Shown one piece after another: positions 11,958-24,900 of a stretch of DNA of 64,000 bases. This DNA is from Asterias rubens (taxonomy: Eukaryota): positions 4,464,001 through 4,528,000 of the forward strand of contig NC_047075.1 of the NCBI RefSeq assembly GCF_902459465.1. Direction: 5' to 3'. Numbering within the stretch: the first letter of the stretch is position 1; each line of letters opens with the position of its first letter. Made by a program: the position numbers and the translations under genes. The notes under the pieces were generated by a model. That model did no database searches, was not told the origin of the DNA, and was given only the letters and a program-made list of their open reading frames with translations.

Positions 11958-12984
11958 CACATCATAGCTCTCTGCGACTAAATGACTGCAGTTCTGGAAC
12001 AGATAGCTTTCCAGCACCTCATAGAACTTGTATTCACACCTCTGATGCACACAAGAGGTATTGCAGTTCACAACTGCCTCCTCAATACATCTGCTCTCAT
12101 TGCCTCCTGTCAAGTTAGCCTCACACCTCATGAGGTTCTCATACAAGCAGGAGGTACAGTTGGACAGCTGCTGCGAGGTGCAATTAGCAGTTGTTACATT
12201 GTAGAGGGTGATGGTCAGATGGTGGCAGGAGATTGCTGTGTCGTTCCAAACACCCGCGGAGGTGTTCTGGCAAACGTCTGAGCCGTTGACAGCGCACAGG
12301 ACTCGCCACTCCTCCATGCATTCCTCAGCCTCGAGCTCCAAACAGGTCTCATATGAGGCATTGTGGTGGACGAATATGTACCCGTAGTCCACACATATTC
12401 CCCTGGCTTGTTTGGCACACGTCTCATTAAACTGATTGACACAGCTTCCTGCGTAGGCGTCAACGCAGCAAGCTTGTGCTTCTTCGGAGATCATGGAATC
12501 ATGTTGATAGAAACTCTCTCTGGCTGTCTTCAAGCATGCCTCCTCAACGGTACCTCTGCAGTTTACCTCAGCAAGCTGCAAGCAGACCCCATCGTGCACA
12601 TTGGTGCAGTTTGCCTTGCTGTCATTCATGCAATGTGAGTCCTCTATATCGCCACACGCAACCTCAGCTTCCTCCTGGCAGAGCTGGGCGAAACTTCCGC
12701 GGCATTCAGTCAACGTCTCATTCCGGCAGATCCTTCCCGAGTCTAGCAGGCAGGATTGGTGTAGCACCTGATCCATGCAGATGTCGACCACTGTGTAATT
12801 GTTCCATGCGAGTCTGGTCTTGTTGCAGTCAAAGAAGACCGTTTGATAGTACGGCTCCAGGACGGTGTGATTGGAGGGTGTGTACAGAGAATGAGCGGTG
12901 TCGGCATAGCGACGGAATGTGGTGTGGTTTCCACAGTGACAGTCGGAGCCATTCTTTGTGGCCGAAATGTAAAAGTTGTCCTCC
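11958..12984 (-). CDS. Giant gene exon: second half of WSC domain plus Cys-x7 periodic region
   Basis: Acceptor catcacag, phase 2. EDNFYISATKNGSDCHCGN completes the WSC pattern begun in exon 14865-14630. Ends at a consensus GTGAGT donor. Confidence 0.85.
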
Positions 12985-15900
12985 CTGTGATGAAACAGTA
13001 AAGGAGTGGTACACAAACATGCAATAATTAACGGTAGGGTCATGGATTGGTTTTTGTTTACGTAATGCTGATTTACAGGCAAAACTATAAAAACAAATAA
13101 ATAAAAGTCTCTACTTGCTGAGAAAAACAACAACAAAATTTCATGGTGTTTTCACACGAATAGTCACCAAGGTCAAAATTCCAATTGAGCCTAGTTAAAC
13201 TGGGTTTAACTGGAACTAGTTGAAAACAAGTTCATAAACTATTTAAACACAGCTAAAACCAGTTGGTTTAATATGGCAAATGGACAGAAACCAACTGGTT
13301 TATAATTTAAACCTAGTTGAGCAGTTAAACCTAGTCCAAACCAGTTGGTTAATTTGGAAAATGGACGAGTTTGGTCACAATCCAAGTGACCCAATTTGAC
13401 TGGGTTCAACTGAAATTTTGACCTGGGAAAATTGATCCAAGTTCAAGTACCAATTGTACATGTACCGTATCTCTAGCCTCAGCATTCACGAAGAGACGCA
13501 AACCTCGTGTACATGTATCTCATAAATTTGAGAAAAGATTCATGCATGAATGGTTTCTCAAACTTAAATGGTTTGGGGTGAAGTATCATCCAAATCATAT
13601 GACTTCGGAAAGAATCCTTTCTTAAAGGGAAGGTACACGTTTGGTAATTGTCAAAGACCAGTCTTCTCACTTGGTGTATCCCATCATTAGCATAAAATAA
13701 CAAGCCTGTGAAAATTTGGGCTCAATTGGTCATCGAAGTTGCGAGAAAATGATGAAAGAAAAAACACCCTTGTTGGACGAATTTGTGTGCTTTCAGATAA
13801 GCTAGAAGTCTTTTATTATTTTAGTGAGAAATTACCTCTTTCTCAAAAACTATGTTAATTCAGAGGGAGTCATTTCCCACAATGTTTTATGTTAACAGCT
13901 CTCCAATGCTCGTTACCAAGTCAGTTTTTAAGTTAATATTTGTTTTGAGTAATTATCAAACGTGTACCTTCCCTTTAAAATAGTTTAAATTATCACAATC
14001 TGCAGCGCTACTTACCAAGTAAGATTTCATGGTCACTAATTTGTTTTAGTACCTAGAAAAGTATGACCCTGCCTTTAATGATTGGACAACATGGTCCCAT
14101 CCTCTACCTTTCAGTCAATTTAAATGGGTCTCATAATTCAAACATATTTGCCAGAAAAATATTGAGCGTTTTGAGCTGCATATCAGGCGTAGATAAAGCA
14201 GAAAATAAAAAAAATCATTACATATAATAACTTGTGTCCTTAAAGCCATTGGACCCTTTCGGTACAAAAAAAAAAAAAAATAAAAATCACAGATTTACAA
14301 ACAACTTACATGTACAGGGTTTACAGAAGGTAATGGTGAAAGACTTCTCTTGAAATATTATTTCATGAAATGCTTTACTTTTTGAGAAAACAGTAAAACA
14401 ATATCAATTCTCGATATCGAGAATTACAGACTACTTTTAAACACATGGGACCAACGGCTTTACGTCCCATCTGAAGGACGAAGCAATGGTTAAGTGTCTT
14501 GCTTAAGGACACAAGTGTCACAGCTTTTTAGAAAGACTAGAAGTTGTAGAGTTATAGTTGTTGTTGTAGAGAGTTTGAGAAATAAAATAGTCTGATTTAT
14601 AACTGTGGTTGGTTTGACAAAGATCGTACCTGCATAGCTTCTGACACAACTCCCTTGTCATGACTTTAGAGAAGTTGAGGTTCTCAGGGTGGTCTGTCGT
14701 GACTTTGGCAACATCGAAAAAATGGTCCAGATCATGGAAGCAGCCGATAAGGATGGCCTTCTCGTAGTTGGTGCCGTTGACCGTGATGCAGCTAGGATTA
14801 GTTGGATAAGGCTGCTGCTCTCCTTTCATGGTCTTGAAGCAACGCTGAATGGTGGAATTTAATTCCTGTTGCAAGATAAACAATATGTACTTACTTACGG
14901 TTGTATGGATGTATTAAGAGGATCGTTCAGAGTGATTTCTTAAAGGCAGTGGACACTATTGGTAATTACTCAAAATAATTATTGGCATATTTTGTAAATC
15001 CTTACTTGGAAACGAGTAATGGGGAGAGGTTGATGGCATAAAACATTGTGAGAAACAGCTCCCTCTCAAGTGACCTTGTGTTGGAGAAAGAAATAATTTT
15101 CCACGAATTTGGTTTCGAGACCTCACGTTTAGAACTTGAGGTCTCAAAATCAAGCATCTGAAAGCACACAACTTCGTGTGACAAGGGTGTTTTTTCTTTC
15201 ATAGTTATCTCGCAACTCTGACGACCGATCGAGCTCAAATTTTCACAGGTTTGTTATTTTATGCATATGTTGAGAACACCAAGTGAGAAGACTGCTCTTT
15301 GACAATTACCAATAGTGTACACTGTCTTTAATTGGTTTCAACCTATCGACTAGCTTGCTCTATTCATTGTCATGAGACTGCGTAGACTCTTGATTAGTCT
15401 TGGACTGTTCATCCCCTTACGGGTGAATGTAGACTTAGGCTTCTGCCTTTATTAAAGACACCGGGGTCGATTTCACAAAGAGTTAAGACTAGTCTTATCT
15501 CTAGTTAGGACATGTTACTCGTCCTAACTTAGGACTAGCTGTACATTTTTCATATCTCCTAAGACTTGTCCTAAGTTAGGACTAGTCCTAACTCTTTGTG
15601 AAATCCACCCCTGGACACCTCTGGTAATTGACAAAGACCAATCTTCTCACTTGGTGTATCTCAACATACGCATAAAATAACAAACCTGTGAAAACGTGAA
15701 CTTAACTGGTCGTCGAAGTTGTGAGAGAATAATGAAGAAAAAACCCACCCTTGTTGCACAAGTTGTTTGCTTTCGGATGCCTTCAATTCGAGACCTCAGC
15801 TGAGGTCGCAAATTCAATTCAAATATTGAGTGAGAAATTACTTCTTTCTCAAAAACTGTACTTCAGAGGGAGCCGCTTCTCACAATGTTTTATACTACAT

Positions 15901-18900
15901 GTATCAACAGCTCTCCGTTGCTCGTTACCAAGTAAGTTTTTACGCTAAGAATTATTTTGGTGTCCAGTGCCTTTAAGACCCCATGTCTATCTTGATCACA
16001 CCCCAGCATATGTATGTATGTATGTGAGTCGACCCTGTATGTATGTATTAAGAGGATCGTTCAGAGTGATGTCTTAATTAGTCTCAACATATCGACTAGC
16101 TTGCTCTATCCATCGTCAAGAGACTGCGTAGACTCTTCAATAGTCTTGGACTGTTCATCCCCCTTTGCCGCAGCTTTGTAACAATAGACCGATCCAGTAG
16201 GCTCCGCCCACGTTGCACTTGTGAGCGAGAACACGTGGGGCTCTCCAATGCCTTCCTGCACAACTCGTGCTGCACGCGCGCCAAGATACGCGCACGCATG
16301 TCGGACCTTCGTTGCGTTGTGATTGGTCAATACGCAATGGGGCGGAGCTTAATGGATCGGTCTGATGAGTTGCTCATTTGAAGTCACTTATTATGAAAAC
16401 ACCTAGGTCCTAACCGAATGTAACGTGGTATGAGAGAGTGGACAGTTGAAAGCACCCTGAGTTACCTTGGAAGTTGCAAAACGAGTTCCTGAGGCAAAGC
16501 CGGAGGATCTAGTTAGTAGCTAACTGTAAGATTTAAATGGATATTATGGGTGCGTTTGATTAGCTTCCCTGTGTCGACCCCGCGGTGCTCATTCGGGTGA
16601 GCCCCTGACAAGAGCTAACCAAACGGTCACACTCGTCCTTTTGTGGTGCTCATGCACCTCGGGCCAGCCCCAAGTGACCCGTTCCACAAGCAGGGCACTG
16701 GGGGTTGACCCGGGTGAGCCCCTGAAATGATGTCAAAGCTATTTGAAAAGACTGAGGGCAGACCCGGGTCGACCCTAGGAAGCTAATTGAACGCACCCTA
16801 TAGGTGCACACTTACCCTCTGCTTGGTAATTGTGTTCGGATGACTGTAGATATCTGGCAACTCGGCAAAGAAGAACTTGTTGCCTTGGATATCCGTCGTC
16901 AAGGACTCATTAGATAACTTCTCCGTCGGGAAGCTGATTCGGCTACCCATCTTGACAATCCGAACGGACTCAAATTGGAATCCATTCCCTTCATTAAAAT
17001 ATACAGGCAGTTTTTTTATTTATTTATTTTCTAATTCAAAAGTTTAATGTTCTGGTTGTCGTACAACGATTTTCGTCAAGATATATTTGGTAAATTTTTA
17101 TGATTCAAAGGTGCTTTCATATTAAAGGAACACGTTGCCTTGGATCGGTCGAGTTGGTCTTTGAAAAGCGTTCTGTAACCGTTTGTTATAAAGTGCATAT
17201 GGGTAGAAAGATGTTGTAAAAGTAGAATACAATGGCCTATACAAATATGCCTCGAAATTGTGTGTTTTCTTTTTACCTCGTCGACTAACATGGTCGGCCA
17301 TTTACGGGAGTCAAATTTTTTACTCCCATAAATGGCCGACCGTGTTAGTTCGCGACGTAAAAAGGAAAACCGTGCAATTTTTAGTGATACTTGTGTGGAT
17401 CATTGTATTCTACTTTTAAAACATCTTTCTAACCATATGCATTTCATAACAAACGGATAAAAATGCTTTTTATAGACCAACTCATCCGATCCAAGGAAAT
17501 GTGTTCCTTTAACATTTTAACACTGTTTCCCAATACTTCACATAATAAATAAGAACCCATGAAATTTTGTAGATATTTGTGTCAGTTAACTCACAAGTAG
17601 TGACACCCTAAACCACGTTCACGCCTCATGCAGAACCCTTGATAATATGGATTTATGATCGACAGCATAATGCGCCACAGCACCTTGTAAACCATGACAT
17701 TATGCTATAAACGAATAGGTCTCATACATTTCAAAAACGTAGTTCCACATATATGTACCATGTACACATGCAGGGAAAAAATACTAAAAGCACTTACATT
17801 TTAGGGGTTTGATTAAAAGCTGTGTAAGAACTTATTATTATTAACTCTCTCTGTATCCATATTGAACATGGTATGTACATGTAGATGTCTTGCCATGACT
17901 TTAACAGTGTCATTCATAGCCAGCAGATTAGTCATATTACATCTGATCTTAGGAAAGACAACTTCCATTCTGAACGTGACCTCTGGCTCCTCTCTGAGGT
18001 TGACAGTCACCTCGTGGGTGATTCATCACATAACGATCACGATTGCTTTGGACTGTTGATGCGCACAAAAAAGTGCAGACAAATTGTCACTTGATACGAA
18101 CGTTTTAAAATTACATGCTGATGCAGAACCCTATGATCTCTGCAATATGGAATTATGATCGACAGCACAATGCGCCACAGCACCTTGTAAACCATGACAT
18201 GGTGCTATAAAGGAATAAGTTTAATATTTCAAAAACAAAGCTCCACATACATGTACATGTACCATGTACACATGCAGGGGTGTGGTTAAGAGCTGTATAG
18301 AACTTATTATTAGTCCACCCTCTGTTACATATCCAACATGGTATATGCAGATGTCAGTCTTGTTGACTCGAGTCGGTGACTTGGACTCGGGTCAGACTCG
18401 AGTCACCAATTTTGTTGACTTGCGACTTGACGTGACTTGGACAAAAATTACTTGTGACTTGACTTGATTTGAACAAAAATGACTTGTGACTTGACTTGAC
18501 TTGACTTGCGCAAAAATGACTTGAGAGTTGAGAAGTGACTTGAATATTGAACAAATGTGATTTAATTAAATTATCAGTCGTAATTATTGTTTAACATAAT
18601 CAAGTCTTCGGCGACAATGCCGCTGGCCGCTGCTATCTCATGTTTACCACAATGCGCGCCTATGGACGTATGTAACACGCGCATGCATACAGTATCTGTG
18701 TACATGTACTAGTTTGCGCATAGAAAAACATGTATTCTTCCATACAATCAGTTTAGGAAAGCTATGTAGGCGTGTATCGTTACGCTTGTGCAATAGTAGC
18801 TATACAGACGGCTGGAAAAGAGGCTGTACAATCTTGCAATATTTACATACATTTTCTCAAATTCTAATGAAAAATAAATACTATTGACTTAAATAGGCCA

Positions 18901-21900
18901 ATATGTAGCACATATTATATTTAGTAAGGTCAATTGTCCTTTGCAAAGCGTTTTCGTCCTGAAATATTTTACTGTAAAAATAATGTACACTTCATTATTT
19001 AAATTCTCCCTACATCACCATGCTCCCAGCATGCATTGTGCCATGGAGATGGGAACTTACGCCGTCTATTCGTGTGTACACACGGCGGACGTCGGGCATT
19101 CAGCTCAGCCGTACATTGCATGCAAGTTCATTTCAGCGGTATTCTGCAGCTGAAAGAATGTCGTCTTCTAAATAAAAGGTCAGAGTGAATGAGCTCTGAT
19201 GATTTACGGATTGAATTTATTGACTGGTCTCTTAACAGGTTTTTTTCCTTAAACTTAAGTTTGTCACAACATCATGGGAGTGAGCTTATTTCCGGACATT
19301 ATATGACTTGTGACTTGACTTGACTTGCAAAAATTTGACTTGTGACTTGACTTGACTTGAGCAAAAATGACTTGTGACTTGACTTGACTTGAGCAAAAAT
19401 TACTTGTGACTTGACTTGACTTGAGCAAAGATGACTTGCGACTTGACTTGACTTGAGAAAAAATGACTTGGTTACAACACTGGCAGATGTCTTGCCAGGG
19501 GGTCTTTTTCTAGGGAGTGAAACAACAAATATTTTCTCAAAATAAGATGTTTACAAAATACCATTTTTAGCAGTGCATCATTCAAAGCCACAAACCTTCA
19601 GGAAGTGCCAGCAGAACCGTCATATTACAGCTGATCTTAGGAACGACAACTTCCATTCTGAACGTGACCTCTCGCTCCTTTCTGAGGTTGACAGTCACCT
19701 CATGGGTCACTTCGGACGAGGAGTACACCTCAAAGTCAATGGCACTGGAGCCTCCCGTCGGAGGCAGCATGAGGAAGCGGGAGCTGGGGGCAGGTGCTGT
19801 GAGGTTGAAGGTGATGTTCTTGGGCATACGGTAGAGGCGAGACCCCGGGTTTAAACCGACGGGAACGTTGTAGGGCTTGGCTGAGTTATACCACATGGAG
19901 ACCTGTAGGAACAAAGCAGGCCAATTCATCATGCAAGCAACAGTGTTTTAACCAAGTAAGTTTTTATTTCCTGGAGTGTTTACAAAAGGTGTAAACATGG
20001 TAACAGACAGTGCCGGCATTATTTCAAACAAATTTTCTGAATTTTCCAACAGCATAAAAATAAAAAAAGTAGGAAGAATGAAATGTCTGTTGAATACCCG
20101 AGTCTTCCATGACATCCCAGCATACACCTCAACCTCAGGGTGGATAGGATGAGGTACTACAAACCTCTCACACATCTGAGCCTGATTAAACTTCAGGATG
20201 TAAATCTATATAGGTACCGTTTTTTTCATTAGCATTCACCCCTAAACTTAAGTACTTAAGTCTGGACTTAAGTACACAAATGACCCATACCCTTGAAATA
20301 CCCGAGTCTTCCATGACATCCCGGCATACACCTCAACCTCAGGGTGGATACGATGAGGTACCACAAACCTCTAACACATCTCAGCCTTATTAAACTTCAG
20401 GATGTAAATCTATATAGGTACCGCTTGTTTCATTTGCATTCATCCCCAAACACCCAGTGAATGTCTGGACTTAAATACAAAAATGACCCAAACCTTTTAA
20501 ATACCTGAGTCTTCCATGACATCCCGGCATACACCTCAACCTCAGGGTGGATACGATGAGGTACCACAAACCTCTCACACATCTGAGCCTGATTAAACCT
20601 CAAGATGTAAACCTCGTACTCATGGAAGTTAAGCTGCTGCAGGGAGGGCATGTTCTCCAGATCATGGACAAACGCTGGAGGAGGGTGACTGAAGAAGTGG
20701 GAGTCTTGAATTATATCTGAGGGTAGGTCTGAGTGGACCATGATGAAGAGGTCGAAGGCATTGCCTGGTGGATACATATTCATTATAGAGTTACATTCTA
20801 TTCAAGGTAGGATCGTTATAAAAATATTACAAGTTACCACACAACCATGAATTGAATTAGGAAAAATACAGCACTTCTATGTCACTTCAACAAGGCCAAA
20901 GGCCAAGTTGGATAATAATAATAATAATAATAATAACCGTATTTATAACGCGCCTTTTGCCAAAGGATACAGAGCACCAGGTATTATTACTGAAAGGAGT
21001 GGGACGAAGTTTGAGATATAAGACCTAATCCTTAATCACCATGTGATGGTTTACAAGGTGCTGTGGCGCAATATGCTGCCAATCCTGCCAGGAACACCGG
21101 GGCGAACCCCTTCTCTTTGCCATTAAAGTGCACTGGGTTCTTTTACATGCGTTTACACAACACATGGGACCAACGGCTTTACGTCCCATCCGAAGGACGA
21201 AGCAATGATTAAGTGTCTTGCTTAAGGACACAAGTGTCATGGCTGGGGATTCGAACCCACACTCTGCTGATCAGAAACACCAGAGTTTGAACTCGTTGCT
21301 CTTAACCGCTCAGCCATGACACTTCCACTATGGGACTATGTTATACACTGATTCTCCCTCGAGACCAGGCGATTGGAAAAAACTTTCGACAGTGAGTAGG
21401 CTTTCTTTTGTTTGAGTTGTCTAGCAAAGGAACGGTTCGGATCACAGGAAGTGCCTGTGACATAATTTATCCATGCTCCCCTATCATTTTCATTATCATT
21501 ACTATATAACATTGTCATGGCGTATTAATTTTGGTTTTACCCATACACCAATGTGTGTTAGCACTGTATACTCAGTACTTTCCCGAGTCCTGTGAACAAA
21601 TATCACAGGCATGTTACTCGGGTGGGATTCAAACCCACGACCCTTGCAATTCTAGAGCAGTGTCTTACCAACTAGACTACCGAGGTTGCACACCAATGTG
21701 TGTTAGCACTGTATACTCAGTACTTTCCCGAGTCCTGTGAACAAATATCACAGGCATGTTACTCGGGTGGGATTCGAACCCACGACCTTTGCAATTCTAG
21801 AGCAGTGTCTTACCAACTAGATTACCGAGGTTACACACCAATGTGTGTTAGCACTGTATACTCAGTACTTTCCCGAGTCCTGTAAAAAAATATCACAGGC

Positions 21901-24900
21901 ATGTTTACACTCTGGTGGGATTCGAACCCATGACCCTTACAAAGCAATGTCTAACCAACTAGACTACCGAGATTGCCCGGGGATAAAGAATATTAATTTT
22001 GGTTTTTATCCATACACCAATGTGTGTTAGCACTGTATACTCAGTACTTTCCCGAGTCCTGTAAACAAATATCACAGGCATGTTACTCGGGTGGGATTCG
22101 AACCCACGACCCTTGCAATTCTAGAGCAGTGTCTTACCAACTAGACTACCAAGGTTGCCCGGTAGCCCGGTAGCTAGAGGCAGTTTGAATCCTATGTTTT
22201 GGTGCCTTGACACCTACCTGTGTAGTCAACATGGTGTGTGACAGTCAGCCCATAGTTGAGGATATCACCGGCTGTTCTACCAACTGCTGTGCACCCCTCA
22301 AGCTCATTGGATGTGTACCCAGAATAACAGCGGCACCTACAAGTATAAATGTAATATGCATTCATATTCAAAGTCAAAGAGCAAAGCATATTAGTTTTGT
22401 TTACATTGATTTTTCACAGCAGTTTATTTTGCACATCAGAATAATAAAACTGAACAAGTTTTAAAGCCAGTGGACACTATTGGTAAATGTCAAATACATG
22501 TACCAGTCTTCTCACTTGGTGTATCTCAACATATGCATGAAATAACAAACCTGTGAAAACTTGAGCTCGATTGGTCGTCGGAGTTGCGAGATAACTTTGA
22601 AAGAAAAAAAACACCCTTGTCACACGAAGTTGTGTGCTTGATTTCGAGACCTCAAATTCTAAATTTGAGGCCACAAAATCAAATTCGTGGAAAATTACTT
22701 CTTTCTCGATAACTACTTCACTTCAATCCGTTTCTCACAATGTTTTATACTACCAACCTCTCCCCATTACTCGTCACCAAGTAAACTTTTATGCTAATAA
22801 TTATGTTGAGTAATTACCAAAAGTGTCCACTGCCTTTAAAGCCATTATACACTTTCGGTACAGAAAAAACCCCAAAATTTCACAGATTTACAAATCCATG
22901 TACTGGGTTTACAGAAGGTAATGGTGAAAGACTTCTCTTGAAATATTATCCCATGAAGTGTTTTACTTTTTGAGCAAACATTAAAACAATATCAATTCTC
23001 GATAACGAGAATTACAAATTTATTTTGAACACATGTCATGACACGAGGAAACGCGCGGAAACAAGGGTGGGTTTTCCCATTATTTTCTCCCGACTCCGAT
23101 GACCGATTGAGCCTAAATTTTCACAGGTTTGTTATCTTATATATAAGTTGTGATACACGAAGTGTGGGCCTTGGACAATACTTTTTACCGAAAGTGTCCG
23201 CTGCCTTTAAAGGTAGGGTCATAGAATGGCAAGAAACCCCAGAAACTATTGACCATGAAATAGTATTAGTTTGGGTTTTTACCCATACACCAATGTGTGT
23301 AAGCACTGTATACTCAGTACTTGTAAACAAATATCACAGGCATATTATACTCAGGTGGGATTCGAACCCATGACCCTTGCAATTCTAGAGCAGTGTCTTA
23401 CCAACTAGACGGTTGCCCGGCAGCTAGAGGCAGTACGAATCCTATGTTCTGGCAGAGGGTACCGCAACGATAAAATAGATGTTAAATTTGCATCGGGGAT
23501 AAAGAATATTAATTTTTATTTTTTTTACCCATACACCGATGTGTGTTAGCACTGTATACTCAGTACTTTCCCCGAGTCCTGTGAAAAAATATCACAGGCA
23601 TGTTACTCGGGTGGGATTCGAACCCACAACCCTTATTAGTTTGGGTTTTTACCCATACACCAATGTGTGTAAGCACTGTATACTCAGTACTTGTAAACAA
23701 ACATCACAGGCATATTATACTCGGGTGGGATTAGAACCTATGACCCTTGCAACTCTAGAGCAGTGTCTTACCAACTGGACCACCGAGATTGCCCGGTAGC
23801 TAGAGGCAGTTTGAATGCTATGTTTTGGCAGCGATTACCGCAACGTTATACTACACGTAGATGTTATTATCTTTTACATGATAATTTACTTGTTGAGAAG
23901 CACTGCAGCTGTTGATAGTATTAAAACGTGTTAACAGAAGAAACGCTTATTGAAACAGGATCCACAGTGTCAACAGAAACAAAGCAGTGTCATGGCCGAG
24001 CGGTTAAGAGCACCGGATTCAAGCACTGGTGTTTGATCAGCAGGGTGTGGGTTTCGGATCCCGGTCGTGACACTTGCTACATAAAATTGGGGAGGTAGTG
24101 CTTTCTGCTCGACCGGCCAGGCTTCCAATTGATGATACCCAAGCCTACATTTGTATGGACTGTGAAAGGGGTAACCCTGTTTCAGCACTAGGAGTAGGTG
24201 GCAACGGCCTCTGGAAAAAATAATTGTAGCCCACACCTTGAAGTGGCCTTCAGGCCTTGTGTGTCTGGCGACTTGCATAAACAAACAAAAAAATTAAAAA
24301 AATAAGACCCAAAAGGGATCAAAAGTGCCAACAAAATCAAGGCTTGAGACATGATGAAAACTGTATCAACAGCGCTAACAGAAACAGAGTATGAGAACTA
24401 AACAGGGTCACCAAAATGTCAACTGAAATAAAGCTTTCAAACCTAAAAGAGATCAACAGGAGGCCTACTAAACAACGCATGAGACCTAAACAAGTCAACA
24501 GTACTAACAAAAACAAGCATAATACCAAAACAGGATGCTAACGGAACACCGCATTAAACTTAAACTGTATCAACAGTAGGTCTACTAAAAGATCCAACGC
24601 ATGAGACCTAAAGCGATTGCCTCCATGCCCCCTAGTCATTGCCTTGGTGCCCTTGAAATGCTCCAGTAGAAGTTTACAATTTCCTCATAGGGTGCCCTTT
24701 ACCAAGGAGAAAATGCCTTGGTGCCCTTGCCCCTTCAAAAACGAAGCATACAGGCCTGAGAAACAACGCATGAGACCCAAACTGGATCAACAGTGCTCAC
24801 AGAAACAACGCATGAGACCCAAACTGGATCAACAGCGCTAACAGAAACAACGCATGAGACCCAAACTGGATCAACAGTGCTCACAGAAACAACGCATGAG

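Noticed and set aside
12476-13027. 183-aa plus-strand ORF
   Set aside because: Antisense shadow of a GC-richer exon; no recognisable motif.
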